Source: Candidatus Krumholzibacteriota bacterium
Lineage (GTDB): Bacteria; Krumholzibacteriota; Krumholzibacteriia; JAJRXK01
Assembly (NCBI GenBank): GCA_963764625.1
Contig: CAVXTH010000006.1
Span: 96,001 to 160,000 of the forward strand
Length of the DNA: 64,000 nt
Direction: 5' to 3'
Part shown: positions 41,731 to 50,848 of the stretch, in pieces
Layout of the letters: each line of letters starts with the position of its first letter
How positions within the stretch are numbered: position 1 is the first letter of the stretch
Program-made: the position numbers and the translations under genes
Notes under the pieces: generated by a model
Databases searched by the model: none
Told to the model about the DNA's origin: nothing
What the model saw: the letters and a program-made list of their open reading frames with translations, nothing else

Positions 41731-42183
41731 TTGAAGACCTACAGCGCCAAAGCTGGCGATGTACAGCACGATTGGTACGTGGTGGACGCGACGGATGTGC
41801 CTCTGGGACGTCTCGCCACCCGGGTGGCAACGGTGCTGCGCGGCAAGCACAAGCCCATGTTCACGCCGAGCATGGACACGGGCGACCATGTCGTGGTGGT
41901 GCATGCCGGCGAGGTGAAACTCACCGGCCGCAAGCTCGACCAAAAGATCTATCAGCGTTACTCGGGTTACCCCGGCGGTCGTCAGACCTGGACCGCGCGC
42001 GAGATGCTCGAGAAACGACCCGAAGAAGTCATCAAGCTCGCGGTTCGGGGCATGCTGCCCAAGAACCGTCTTGGCCGACAAATGATCAAGAAGCTCAAGG
42101 TGTATGCCGGCGGCGAGCATCCTCATACCGCCCAGAAGCCCGAGCAATTGGAGTTGAAGAGTGGCTACAACCGCGACAATTGA
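41731..42183 (+). CDS. rplM: 50S ribosomal protein L13
   Basis: [26 protein letters not shown]; TTG start behind a GGAGG RBS. Confidence 0.97.
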   Translation: MKTYSAKAGDVQHDWYVVDATDVPLGRLATRVATVLRGKHKPMFTPSMDTGDHVVVVHAGEVKLTGRKLDQKIYQRYSGYPGGRQTWTAREMLEKRPEEVIKLAVRGMLPKNRLGRQMIKKLKVYAGGEHPHTAQKPEQLELKSGYNRDN

Positions 42184-42565
42184 ACGGCACTACGGGACCG
42201 GCCGCCGCAAAGAGGCGGTAGCGCGGGTCTGGATCACTCCCGGATCGGGGAAGATCCAAGTGAACAAGCGCAGCTTCGAGGATTTTTTCCCGGCGGAAAC
42301 GCATCAGCTCATCATCAAGGGTCCCTTCGAGGCCATCGGCAAACCCGGTGAGTTCGACGTGGTGGCTACGGTGAAGGGTGGAGGTCCCTCGGGACAGGCC
42401 GGCGCCCTGCGACACGGAATCGCGCGTGCGCTGACGAAACTCGATGAGGCCTATCGGCCGGCGCTTCGCAAGGCCGGTTTCATCACCCGCGACGCCCGTG
42501 AGGTGGAGCGGAAGAAGTACGGTCAGCCTGGCGCCCGCAAGAACTTCCAGTTCAGCAAGCGTTAG
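42161..42565 (+). CDS. rpsI: 30S ribosomal protein S9
   Basis: [37 protein letters not shown]. Confidence 0.98.
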   Translation: MATTATIERHYGTGRRKEAVARVWITPGSGKIQVNKRSFEDFFPAETHQLIIKGPFEAIGKPGEFDVVATVKGGGPSGQAGALRHGIARALTKLDEAYRPALRKAGFITRDAREVERKKYGQPGARKNFQFSKR

Positions 42566-42583
42566 AAACGGCCAGGCGATCGA

Positions 42584-42690
42584 TTTCACACTCGTCGGGA
42601 GTGTTCCCCCCAGGTGCGCTTGGCGTAGGGGAAACGCGAAGATCGGCGGGTAGGTTTCAACCTGAAAGGGCCCGGCGTGGCTGGGCAAAG
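42584..42690 (+). promoter_or_regulatory. Probable rpsB (S2) autoregulatory leader RNA
   Basis: CACAC...GGTGC...GCGTGG pattern with TTCCCC/GGGGAA and AGGT/ACCT hairpins in the rpsB 5' UTR, resembling the known S2 leader (t44). Confidence 0.5.
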
Positions 42691-42703
42691 GAGTCAGGGC
42701 GAC

Positions 42704-43615
42704 ATGTCCCACGACATCACCCTCAAAGACCTCCTCGAGGCCGGTGTCCACTTCGGTCATCAGACCCGCAAGTGGAACCCGAAGATGAAGGAGTACATCT
42801 TCATCTCTCGTGGAGGCATCCACATCATCGATCTTCAGAAGACCCTACGTAACATCGACAAGGCCTACCAGTTCATCAGGGATACCGCCGCCTCGGGAAA
42901 GAAGGTCCTCTTCGTCGCGACCAAGAAGCAGGCGCGCATTCCCATCATGGAAGCCGCCAAGGCCGTCGACATGCCATACGTCACCGAGCGCTGGCTGGGT
43001 GGCATGCTCACCAACTTCCAGACCGTGAGCAAAAGCATCCGCAAGCTCGAGGAAATCGAGCGGGTCCTCGACGGCCCAGAGCGCGAAATGCTCTCCAAGA
43101 AGGAGACCCTTCAGCTCGAGCGTGAGAGAGTGAAGCTGGATCGAAATCTGGGCGGCATCCGCGAGATGGATCGCCTTCCCGGAGCCCTTTTCGTCATCGA
43201 CACGCAGGAAGAGGAAACCGCGGTACGTGAGGCGCGCAAGCTCGGCATCCCGGTGGTGGGCATCGTCGATACCAACGCCGATCCAGACGTGATCCACTAC
43301 CTCATTCCGGGCAACGACGACGCGATCCGTTCCATCCAGCTCTTCACGCGCTTGGCCAAGAACGCCATCTCCGATGGGGTCGCGGCACGCACCGAAGGTG
43401 CGGTCGTTGCCGAGGTCGAGATGGAGGATGCGTCGCAGGAGAGTTCGAGCGCTGGCCTCGAACAGAGCGCGGGCAGCGACGATCTCAAAGTGAGCGACGA
43501 GAAGTCCGAGGCCAGCAAGAAGGATGCGGCGGACGGCGGGACCACTTTGCGTGCCGGCAGCGGCGCCGCAGCCGCGCGGGCTGGCAACGGGAACGAGGCA
43601 CCGGCCGAGGCCTGA
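42704..43615 (+). CDS. rpsB: 30S ribosomal protein S2 (with acidic C-terminal tail)
   Basis: [35 protein letters not shown]. Confidence 0.98.
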   Translation: MSHDITLKDLLEAGVHFGHQTRKWNPKMKEYIFISRGGIHIIDLQKTLRNIDKAYQFIRDTAASGKKVLFVATKKQARIPIMEAAKAVDMPYVTERWLGGMLTNFQTVSKSIRKLEEIERVLDGPEREMLSKKETLQLERERVKLDRNLGGIREMDRLPGALFVIDTQEEETAVREARKLGIPVVGIVDTNADPDVIHYLIPGNDDAIRSIQLFTRLAKNAISDGVAARTEGAVVAEVEMEDASQESSSAGLEQSAGSDDLKVSDEKSEASKKDAADGGTTLRAGSGAAAARAGNGNEAPAEA

Positions 43616-43749
43616 GCTGCGCGAGGGCTTCGCTTGCAACGCGAGTAGCTGAAGTGGTATTGCCCGACCGCCCTAGCGCGAGTCAGCTACTGCACGGATC
43701 CAACGACACCTTGAATTCAACGAGGGATTTCGCAGAGGAGAACAGGCCG

Positions 43750-44343
43750 ATGAAGATTACCGCCAGCATGGTCAAGGAATTGAGAGAGAAGACCGGAGCC
43801 GGCATGATGGACTGCAAGAAGGCCCTCCAGGAGGTCGAAGGCGACCTGGAGAAGGCCGTCAATTGCCTGCGCAAGAAGGGAATCGCGGCCGCGTCCAAGA
43901 AGGCGGGCCGGGAGACGAGCCAAGGTCTGGTCGAGGCCTACATTCACCCCGGAGGGCAGGTGGGGGTTTTGGTCGAGGTCAACTGTGAAACCGACTTCGT
44001 GGCCCGCACCGACGAGTTCAAGACCTTCGTGCGTGACCTGGCCATGCACATCGCGGCGGCCAATCCCGTGGCGCTTTCCGGTGACGACCTCGACGAAGCG
44101 GTACTCGCCAACGAGCGTGAGATCTACCGCGCCCAGGGCGAAGCCGAAGGCAAGCCCAAGGAGATCGTGGAAAAGATCGTCGAGGGCCGTATCGCCAAGT
44201 ACAAGAAAGAGGTTTCCCTGCTCGACCAGCCGTTCGTCAAGAACCCCGACGAGACGGTGGGCGAACTTCTAAAATCGAAGATCGGCAGTCTGGGAGAGAA
44301 CATGAGCATCCGCCGCTTCTCTCGCTTCCAGATCGGCTCCTAG
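43750..44343 (+). CDS. tsf: Elongation factor Ts (short form)
   Basis: VKELREKTGAGMMDCKKAL, NCETDFVA. Confidence 0.97.
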   Translation: MKITASMVKELREKTGAGMMDCKKALQEVEGDLEKAVNCLRKKGIAAASKKAGRETSQGLVEAYIHPGGQVGVLVEVNCETDFVARTDEFKTFVRDLAMHIAAANPVALSGDDLDEAVLANEREIYRAQGEAEGKPKEIVEKIVEGRIAKYKKEVSLLDQPFVKNPDETVGELLKSKIGSLGENMSIRRFSRFQIGS

Positions 44344-44368
44344 CTGTTTGCCGGGTTGGTGGGATGCG

Positions 44369-45076
44369 TTGAAATTGCCGAGCTTTTCCCGGATACTCCT
44401 CAAGCTGAGCGGTGAAATCCTGCGCGAGGGCGAGAATGCCTTCGCGCCGGAGTGTATGGAGCCCTTGGCGGACGCCATTGCCCGCGTGCACGCAAATGGC
44501 GTGCAGGTGGGAATCGTGGTCGGCGGGGGAAATCTCCTGCGGGGACGTAGCGTCCCGGCGGAGCTCTCGCGCGCCGACGCGGATCAGGCGGGCATGCTCG
44601 CGACGATCCTCAACACGGCGATGCTCCGGTTTCATCTGGAGGCCAAGCGCGTGCCGTGCCGGGTCTTCTCGCCGCGCGCGGTGGAACCCGTTTCCGAGGC
44701 CTTCCATCGTGCACGTGCTCTTTCCGCCATGGAGGCAGGCGAGGTGCTGCTCCTGGGGGGAGGGACCGGCAACCCCTTCTTCTCCACCGATTCGGCGGCC
44801 GCCCTGCGCGCGATCGAGCTGGAGTGCGAGATCGTGCTGAAGGGAACGCTGGTGGACGGGGTCTACGACGACGATCCCCATCGCAACCCCCAAGCCAAGC
44901 GCTTCGACCAGCTCAGCTTCGACGAGGTGATCCGGCGCGATCTGAGAGTGATGGACCAGACCGCCATTGCCCTCTGCCGGGATCACGGGATGAAAATCAT
45001 GGTCTTCGACATCACCGACGCGCAGAATCTGGTCTCGGTGGTGGAAGGAAAGCTCAGAGGCACCGTGATCGGCTGA
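44369..45076 (+). CDS. pyrH: Uridylate kinase
   Basis: LLKLSGE, VGGGN, GTGNPFFSTD, VDGVYDDDP. Confidence 0.96.
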   Translation: MKLPSFSRILLKLSGEILREGENAFAPECMEPLADAIARVHANGVQVGIVVGGGNLLRGRSVPAELSRADADQAGMLATILNTAMLRFHLEAKRVPCRVFSPRAVEPVSEAFHRARALSAMEAGEVLLLGGGTGNPFFSTDSAAALRAIELECEIVLKGTLVDGVYDDDPHRNPQAKRFDQLSFDEVIRRDLRVMDQTAIALCRDHGMKIMVFDITDAQNLVSVVEGKLRGTVIG

Positions 45077-45117
45077 GCATCGGTCGGGCGGGCCATTCGG
45101 CTCCGAGGAGGGCTTCG

Positions 45118-45675
45118 ATGCTGGACGAGATTTACAACGATCTACAAGAACGCATGGACAAGACCCTGGAGGCGCTGCGGCGCGAGCTGGGTCATCTGCG
45201 CACAGGGAAGGCAACCCCCAAACTCCTCGACGGCGTGGTGGTGGAGGCCTACGGATCGAAGATGCCGCTCAACCAGCTCGCCTCCATCGGCGCGCCCGAG
45301 CCGCGACTCTTGACGATCCAACCCTTCGACCACTCGCAACTGGGCGCCATCGAGAAGGCTCTGTTGGCGAGCGACCTCGGCATTACTCCCAACAACGACG
45401 GCAGCCTCATTCGTCTGCCCATTCCCGCGCTCAACGAGGAGCGCCGTCGCGAGTACGTCAAGCTGGCCAAGAAGTACAGCGAGGAGGCCAAAGTGGCGCT
45501 GCGCAACGTGCGGCGCGACGGCAACGACAAGATCAAGAAGGCCGAGGGCGACAGCGATCTCACCAAGGACGAAGCCCACCGCGGCCAAGATCAAGTCCAA
45601 AAGCTCACCGACGAGTACGTGGCCAAAGTCGACGAAATCCTCGCCGCCAAAGAGACGGAGATCATGGAGGTTTGA
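45118..45675 (+). CDS. frr: Ribosome recycling factor
   Basis: LRTGKA.P, AYGS..PLNQLA, PALNEERR, RNVRRD. Confidence 0.97.
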   Translation: MLDEIYNDLQERMDKTLEALRRELGHLRTGKATPKLLDGVVVEAYGSKMPLNQLASIGAPEPRLLTIQPFDHSQLGAIEKALLASDLGITPNNDGSLIRLPIPALNEERRREYVKLAKKYSEEAKVALRNVRRDGNDKIKKAEGDSDLTKDEAHRGQDQVQKLTDEYVAKVDEILAAKETEIMEV

Positions 45676-45684
45676 GGGGAGTCA

Positions 45685-46043
45685 ATGGCTGACGAACCGG
45701 ACCGCGCTCGCGTATCTCGGGCTGAATCTCCTCTTCGCGACGATCCACGCCGGCCTCGACCTCCAACTCAGTGCTCTATTTCTCGGTTCAGACCTCGTCG
45801 ACCATCGGCTACGGGCACATCAGTCCACATGGCGACATCGCGAAGCTGGTCGATACCATGGAGTCATTCTTCGGGTTGCTCGGAGTGGCCCTCATGACCG
45901 GGATCGTCTTCGCGCGCTTTTCCCGCCCGGAGCCCACAGGAGTTCCCCTATTGCTTTCCGGTGCGCTAAGCGCCAATCTCCGCTATAGTTGGGACGAAGA
46001 GGGGATGGTCGAGAGGGCGGTTCTTCCGCCGCTCCGGCTGTGA
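45685..46043 (+). pseudogene. Fragmented KirBac-like potassium channel remnant
   Basis: YFSVQTSSTIGYGHISP selectivity filter plus TM2 'GIVFARFSRP' in one frame; TM1-like 'ALAYLGLNLLFATIH' in another frame; cytoplasmic domain absent. Confidence 0.7.
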
Positions 46044-46111
46044 GCCCCACGCCCGGCGCCATGTCCCGAACCGGAGGAAACCAGGGAGGGCAGGACCCTC
46101 CGTCGAACCCG

Positions 46112-46861
46112 ATGGCCACGAGACTGCAGACGAGCTCCCACACTTCCGAGACCGTCGACCGAAGCAAGCTTCCGCGTCACATCGCCGTGATCATGGACGG
46201 CAACGGTCGTTGGGCGCGCAAACGTGCCATGCCGCGCATTGCGGGACACCGCGCCGGCCGGCACGCGGTGCGTGAGGTCGTCCGTAGCTGTGCCGAACTG
46301 GGGATCGAAGCCCTCACCCTCTACACCTTCTCGGTGGAAAACTGGAAGCGGCCCAGCTACGAGGTGAAGGCCCTGTGGTCCTTCCTCGAGGAAGTTCTCC
46401 GTAGCGAATTCCTCGAGCTCGCCGACAACAACATTCGCCTCATCGCCACCGGTGATCTCAGGCCCATTCCCGAACCGGCGCGGCGCGCGCTGGAACGAGC
46501 CCAGGTCGATCTGCGCGAGAACACCGGCATGATCTTGAACCTGGCGGTGAGCTACGGCTCACGCAGCGAGATCGTCGAAGCGGCGCGCGGCTTCGCGCGC
46601 GATGTGGCCGAGGGAAAGTGTCGCCCCGAGGAGCTCGACGAAAAACTCTTCGGCGAGTACCTCTATGCCCCCGAGCTTCCCGATCCCGATCTCCTCATTC
46701 GCACCAGCGGAGAGATGAGGCTGAGCAACTTCTTGCTGTGGCAACTCGCGTACGCCGAACTCTACGTCACCGAAACGCTCTGGCCCGATTTCGGCCGCGC
46801 CGAACTCATGGCGGCCATCGCGGCGTACCAGAGACGGGACCGGCGTTTTGGCGCAGTCTGA
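46112..46861 (+). CDS. uppS: Undecaprenyl diphosphate synthase
   Basis: HIAVIMDGNGRWA, FSVENWKRP, IRTSGEMRLSNFLLWQ. Confidence 0.97.
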   Translation: MATRLQTSSHTSETVDRSKLPRHIAVIMDGNGRWARKRAMPRIAGHRAGRHAVREVVRSCAELGIEALTLYTFSVENWKRPSYEVKALWSFLEEVLRSEFLELADNNIRLIATGDLRPIPEPARRALERAQVDLRENTGMILNLAVSYGSRSEIVEAARGFARDVAEGKCRPEELDEKLFGEYLYAPELPDPDLLIRTSGEMRLSNFLLWQLAYAELYVTETLWPDFGRAELMAAIAAYQRRDRRFGAV

Positions 46862-47714
46862 GGCAGGCGCGAGGCGACCGGCCCAGGGGCGTTCGGATCT
46901 GGCGCTCCGCATCTTGGCCGCGGCGCTCTTTCTTCCCAGCGCATTCTTCATCACCCTGCACGGCGACCTTCAATTTCTCTTTCTGGTCGACGTAGTCGTC
47001 TTCACCGGTCTGTGGGAGTTCTACGGACTGCTCGAGACCAAGGGCTTTCATCCCGCGCGCAAGATCGGGGTGTTCTGCGGACTCGCTCTGACCTGGTACG
47101 CCTACTTTCGCGGCGGGATCTACCTCAACTTCTTGCTCTCGGTTGCGCTGCTGGTGTTGATGACGGTTGCACTCGCGCGGCGTAGCGTGGAGCAGGCGGT
47201 TCTGCACATCTCCTCGACCATCTTCGGCGTCCTCTACGTGGGGTGGCTCGGCAGCCACTTCGTTCTTCTGCGCGAGCTCCCCCTACTGGGAGGACTCGAC
47301 TATCGTCTGGGCGCGCGCTTCGTCTTTCTCGCCGTCCTTTTGACCTGGTCGTGCGACAGTGGCGCCTATTTCGTGGGAAGGTCGATTGGCAAGCATCCAC
47401 TTCTCCCACGGGTGAGTCCGAAAAAAACCTGGGAAGGCGCCGCGGGTGGGGTGCTCTTCAGCCTGGTGGCGGGCGCGGTCGCGCACTTCACCTTCGCGTC
47501 CTATCTTAATCTTTCCACCGCGTTGAGCCTGGCGGTGGTGGCCGCAGTCGCCGGAGTTACCGGTGATCTGGTCGAGTCGCTCATGAAACGCGATTCTCAC
47601 GTGAAAGACTCCGCCACCCTAATTCCCGGGCACGGCGGTACGCTGGATCGTTTCGACAGTCTTCTGTTTTCGGTCCCCTTGATCTACTACTTCCTGAAGT
47701 TCTTCGTGATCTGA
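46848..47714 (+). CDS. cdsA: Phosphatidate cytidylyltransferase
   Basis: SPKKTWEG, GDLVES..KR, IPGHGGTLDRFDS. Confidence 0.96.
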   Translation: MAQSEAGARRPAQGRSDLALRILAAALFLPSAFFITLHGDLQFLFLVDVVVFTGLWEFYGLLETKGFHPARKIGVFCGLALTWYAYFRGGIYLNFLLSVALLVLMTVALARRSVEQAVLHISSTIFGVLYVGWLGSHFVLLRELPLLGGLDYRLGARFVFLAVLLTWSCDSGAYFVGRSIGKHPLLPRVSPKKTWEGAAGGVLFSLVAGAVAHFTFASYLNLSTALSLAVVAAVAGVTGDLVESLMKRDSHVKDSATLIPGHGGTLDRFDSLLFSVPLIYYFLKFFVI

Positions 47715-47718
47715 GACC

Positions 47719-48888
47719 ATGGCCACTTACCCTCGACCCCTCGTCCTTTTGGGCGCCACTGGCTCCATCGGCCAGAGCACCCTGGACATCCTCGGGCGCT
47801 TTTTGGGCCGCTTTCAGGTCGTGGCCGTCTCGGCCCGCAGCCGCCACGAGGAACTCGCCCAAATCGTTCGGACGCATGAAGTCGAGCACTTCGCGCTGGT
47901 GGAGGAGTCGGCGCGCGAGGCATTTTGCCAGGCGAATCCCGATCTGAAGCCCCGTCTGGCTGGGGGGGGCGGGGAGGGCATCCTGGAGCTTGTGGAGCGT
48001 GCCCCCGCCGATGCGCTGGTGGTCAACGGTCTGGTCGGTGCGGCGGGACTTCAACCCACCGTCGCCGCCCTGCGTCGGGGTCTCGACGTGGCCCTGGCCA
48101 ACAAGGAAGCCCTCGTGGTGGGAGGAGAGCTGGTGCTTCAGGCTGCCCGCGAGAGTGGGGCCACTCTGTGGCCGGTGGACAGCGAGCACTCCGCCATCGC
48201 TCAGTGCCTCCGCGCGGCCGGACCGGGCGAGTTGCGCCGGATCTGGCTCACCGCCTCCGGCGGACCCTTCCGCGATACGGCGCCCGAGGATCTGGCGAAG
48301 GTGACTCTGGAACAGGTTTTGGACCACCCCAACTGGGACATGGGCCCCAAGATCACCGTCGACAGCGCCACCATGATGAACAAGGGTTTGGAGGTCATCG
48401 AGGCGCTGCACCTCTTCGGGCTTCCCCTGAGCGAGATCCACATCGTGCTGCACCGGCAGTCAATCGTGCACAGCATGATCGAGTTGCGAGATGGGGCCTT
48501 TCTGGCCCAGCTGGGGACGCCGGACATGCGCCTGCCCATCCTCTACGCACTCACGCAGGGAGAGCACTGGGCCACCGATTTCCCCTCCCTGGACCCCTTG
48601 CGCATGGGTAGCCTCGACTTCGAGGAACCCGACCCGCGCCGCTACCCCTGCCTCGCCCTGGCCCGGGCCGCGGCCGAGAGCGCAGGCTCCGCCCCACTGG
48701 TCCTCAACGCCGCCAACGAGGAGGCGGTGGCAGGACTCTTGCGGGAGAAGCTATCCTTTGTGGACATCGCTCCTCTCATCGAACGGGCGCTGCAGAGTCT
48801 GAGTGGGCCGGCTCCGCGTTCGGTGCCCGAAGCCCTGGAAAAAGACACCGAAACGCGCCGTCTGGTGCGTTCCTGGATCACATCCTGA
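47719..48888 (+). CDS. dxr: 1-deoxy-D-xylulose 5-phosphate reductoisomerase
   Basis: LGATGSIG, LANKE, PVDSEHSAI, HPNWDMG.KITVDSATMMNKGLE. Confidence 0.97.
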   Translation: MATYPRPLVLLGATGSIGQSTLDILGRFLGRFQVVAVSARSRHEELAQIVRTHEVEHFALVEESAREAFCQANPDLKPRLAGGGGEGILELVERAPADALVVNGLVGAAGLQPTVAALRRGLDVALANKEALVVGGELVLQAARESGATLWPVDSEHSAIAQCLRAAGPGELRRIWLTASGGPFRDTAPEDLAKVTLEQVLDHPNWDMGPKITVDSATMMNKGLEVIEALHLFGLPLSEIHIVLHRQSIVHSMIELRDGAFLAQLGTPDMRLPILYALTQGEHWATDFPSLDPLRMGSLDFEEPDPRRYPCLALARAAAESAGSAPLVLNAANEEAVAGLLREKLSFVDIAPLIERALQSLSGPAPRSVPEALEKDTETRRLVRSWITS

Positions 48889-48940
48889 AGCCCGCGGCCC
48901 ATGGAGGTCTGGCTCCAGGGGTAACGCATACGGTGGTGGC

Positions 48941-50305
48941 ATGAATCTCGAGCAGATCCTGGCCTTCGTCTTCGTTCTCGGCGTGGTCGTCATCATCCAC
49001 GAGGGAGGGCACTTCCTCGTGGCCAAGTCGGTGGGGGTCTACGTGAAGACCTTTTCCGTCGGCTTCGGCCCCAAGCTGCTCCGCAAGCGCTGGGGAGGGA
49101 CCGAGTACGCGCTCTCCGCCGTACCCTTCGGCGGCTATGTGAAAATGGCCGGCGAAGGTGCCATGGAAGAGATCCAGGACACCGGCACCGGCGGCGAGGT
49201 GGACAGCGAAGGCGAGGTCATCCCCCCCGAGCAGTATTTTTCGAGCAAGTCGCCCTGGCAACGGCTGGCCATCGTGGTCGCGGGTCCTCTGGCCAACCTG
49301 GTGCTGGCGCTGGTGGTGATGGTCGGACTGGTCTGGGTAGGGGGCGTGCCGGTGATCCCGGTGACCGAGGTGGGGAAGGTGGTCGAGGGTGGCCCCGCGG
49401 CCGAGGCCGGGCTGCAGACGGGCGATCAAATTCTTCAGGTGGCGGGAACCAGGGTGACCACCTGGGACGGCGTGCTCGATGAAATCGTGGAGGAGACCCA
49501 AGCGAAGCATCTTCCTCTGGACATCACCTACGAACGTCAGGGGGAAACCAAGACCGCGAAGCTCACACCTCTCAAAGATAACACGAGCGGACGCTGGCGC
49601 ATCGGAATGGACTACCGGCACGACACGCGCGTGGGCACGGTGAAGAAGGGGGGAGCGGCTTGGCGCGCCGGTCTGCGCAGGGGCGACGTGATCGTAAGCA
49701 TCAACGGCGAGGAAATGAAGGATTACGGACAGATTGCCAAAGTCGTCAACGAGAGCATCGGGGTTCCTCTGGAGATCGCCTGGACGCGAGGCGGAAAGCC
49801 CTACCACGCTACCGTCGTTCCCCAAGCAGCCGAGGTACCGATCGATTTCAAGAATGTCGAGACGGTGGGACGCATCTACTACGAGCCCTACCGGGAGAAG
49901 CGTCCGGTGAGCTTCGCCGAAGCGGCCACGCTCGGCGCGCAGGCGACCTGGAGGACGGTCGATCAGACCGCCACCTTCCTGGTGGTTCTGGTGCGGGGTG
50001 GAGCCTCGCGGGACGCGGTGAGCGGTCCGGTGCGCATCGCGCAGTTCGCCGGCCAGATGGTGGAGTGGGGTTTCGACTACCTACTGGGATTCCTGGCCCT
50101 GTTCAGCGTCAACCTCTTCCTGCTGAATCTCTTGCCGATCCCGGTTTTGGATGGAGGGCACGCGGCGTTCATCACCTACGAGTTGATCACACGACGTCGT
50201 GCCGATGAGAGAATTCAGACGGTCGCCACCCAGGTGGGGTTCGTCCTCCTCCTTCTCCTCATGGCCTATGTCATCACCATGGACGTCATCAAGGTCGCGA
50301 GCTGA
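48941..50305 (+). CDS. rseP: RIP metalloprotease RseP with two PDZ domains
   Basis: HEGGH, GGYVKM, AGPLAN, NLLPIPVLDGG. Confidence 0.95.
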   Translation: MNLEQILAFVFVLGVVVIIHEGGHFLVAKSVGVYVKTFSVGFGPKLLRKRWGGTEYALSAVPFGGYVKMAGEGAMEEIQDTGTGGEVDSEGEVIPPEQYFSSKSPWQRLAIVVAGPLANLVLALVVMVGLVWVGGVPVIPVTEVGKVVEGGPAAEAGLQTGDQILQVAGTRVTTWDGVLDEIVEETQAKHLPLDITYERQGETKTAKLTPLKDNTSGRWRIGMDYRHDTRVGTVKKGGAAWRAGLRRGDVIVSINGEEMKDYGQIAKVVNESIGVPLEIAWTRGGKPYHATVVPQAAEVPIDFKNVETVGRIYYEPYREKRPVSFAEAATLGAQATWRTVDQTATFLVVLVRGGASRDAVSGPVRIAQFAGQMVEWGFDYLLGFLALFSVNLFLLNLLPIPVLDGGHAAFITYELITRRRADERIQTVATQVGFVLLLLLMAYVITMDVIKVAS

Positions 50306-50328
50306 CGATCTCCGGCCCCCGAGGAGGG

Positions 50329-50718
50329 TCAGGGTCTCGGCTTGGCGGTTTCGGGAGACCCTTCCCCGGGCTGGCCACTGGTGGGGCTACGCTCTGACCG
50401 CAGAGGGGCTCGCAGGCTGTCCTGCAGGGCTTGGAAGAGGAACTGACCCCGGCTCGGCTCCTCCCAGAGCTTCTGGATCCGTTGGCTGAGACCGGTGGTG
50501 TCGGAGTGAGCGAGGAAACTGTCCAATTGAGCCTGGGCGCTGTCGGGATACTGTTCGGCGAGGATCCTAATCTCAGATAGTTTGAGCAATTGCCCGAGCA
50601 GGGGCCGATCCTCGGGGTCCAGCGCTTTCTGCCGCTTCTCGGAGCACGCCGACAAGCTCAGGACCAGGGCCAAAGCCGCGAGAAGGCGTCGAAGCCGGTA
50701 GGAGGGCGTAACTTTCAT
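50329..50718 (-). CDS. Small lipoprotein of unknown function
   Basis: Basic N-terminus, hydrophobic stretch and LSAC lipobox; fills the gap between rseP and tamA. Confidence 0.65.
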   Translation of the reverse strand: MKVTPSYRLRRLLAALALVLSLSACSEKRQKALDPEDRPLLGQLLKLSEIRILAEQYPDSAQAQLDSFLAHSDTTGLSQRIQKLWEEPSRGQFLFQALQDSLRAPLRSERSPTSGQPGEGSPETAKPRP

Positions 50719-50848
50719 GGTTGTCCTCATCTGCGGTTGGAACCTATAACAGCGGAAGGACTTTGGCTACTAACTGGTCGAATCGCAAGCATCAGGTCGT
50801 CGGGAGCAAGGGAAGGTCTTGGACGCCTCGCGTCGAAATCATCTTCGG

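Noticed and set aside
43640-43695. AGTAGCTGA/TCAGCTACT stem between rpsB and tsf
   Set aside because: A single stem with no U-tract or family signature; probably an ordinary intercistronic structure.
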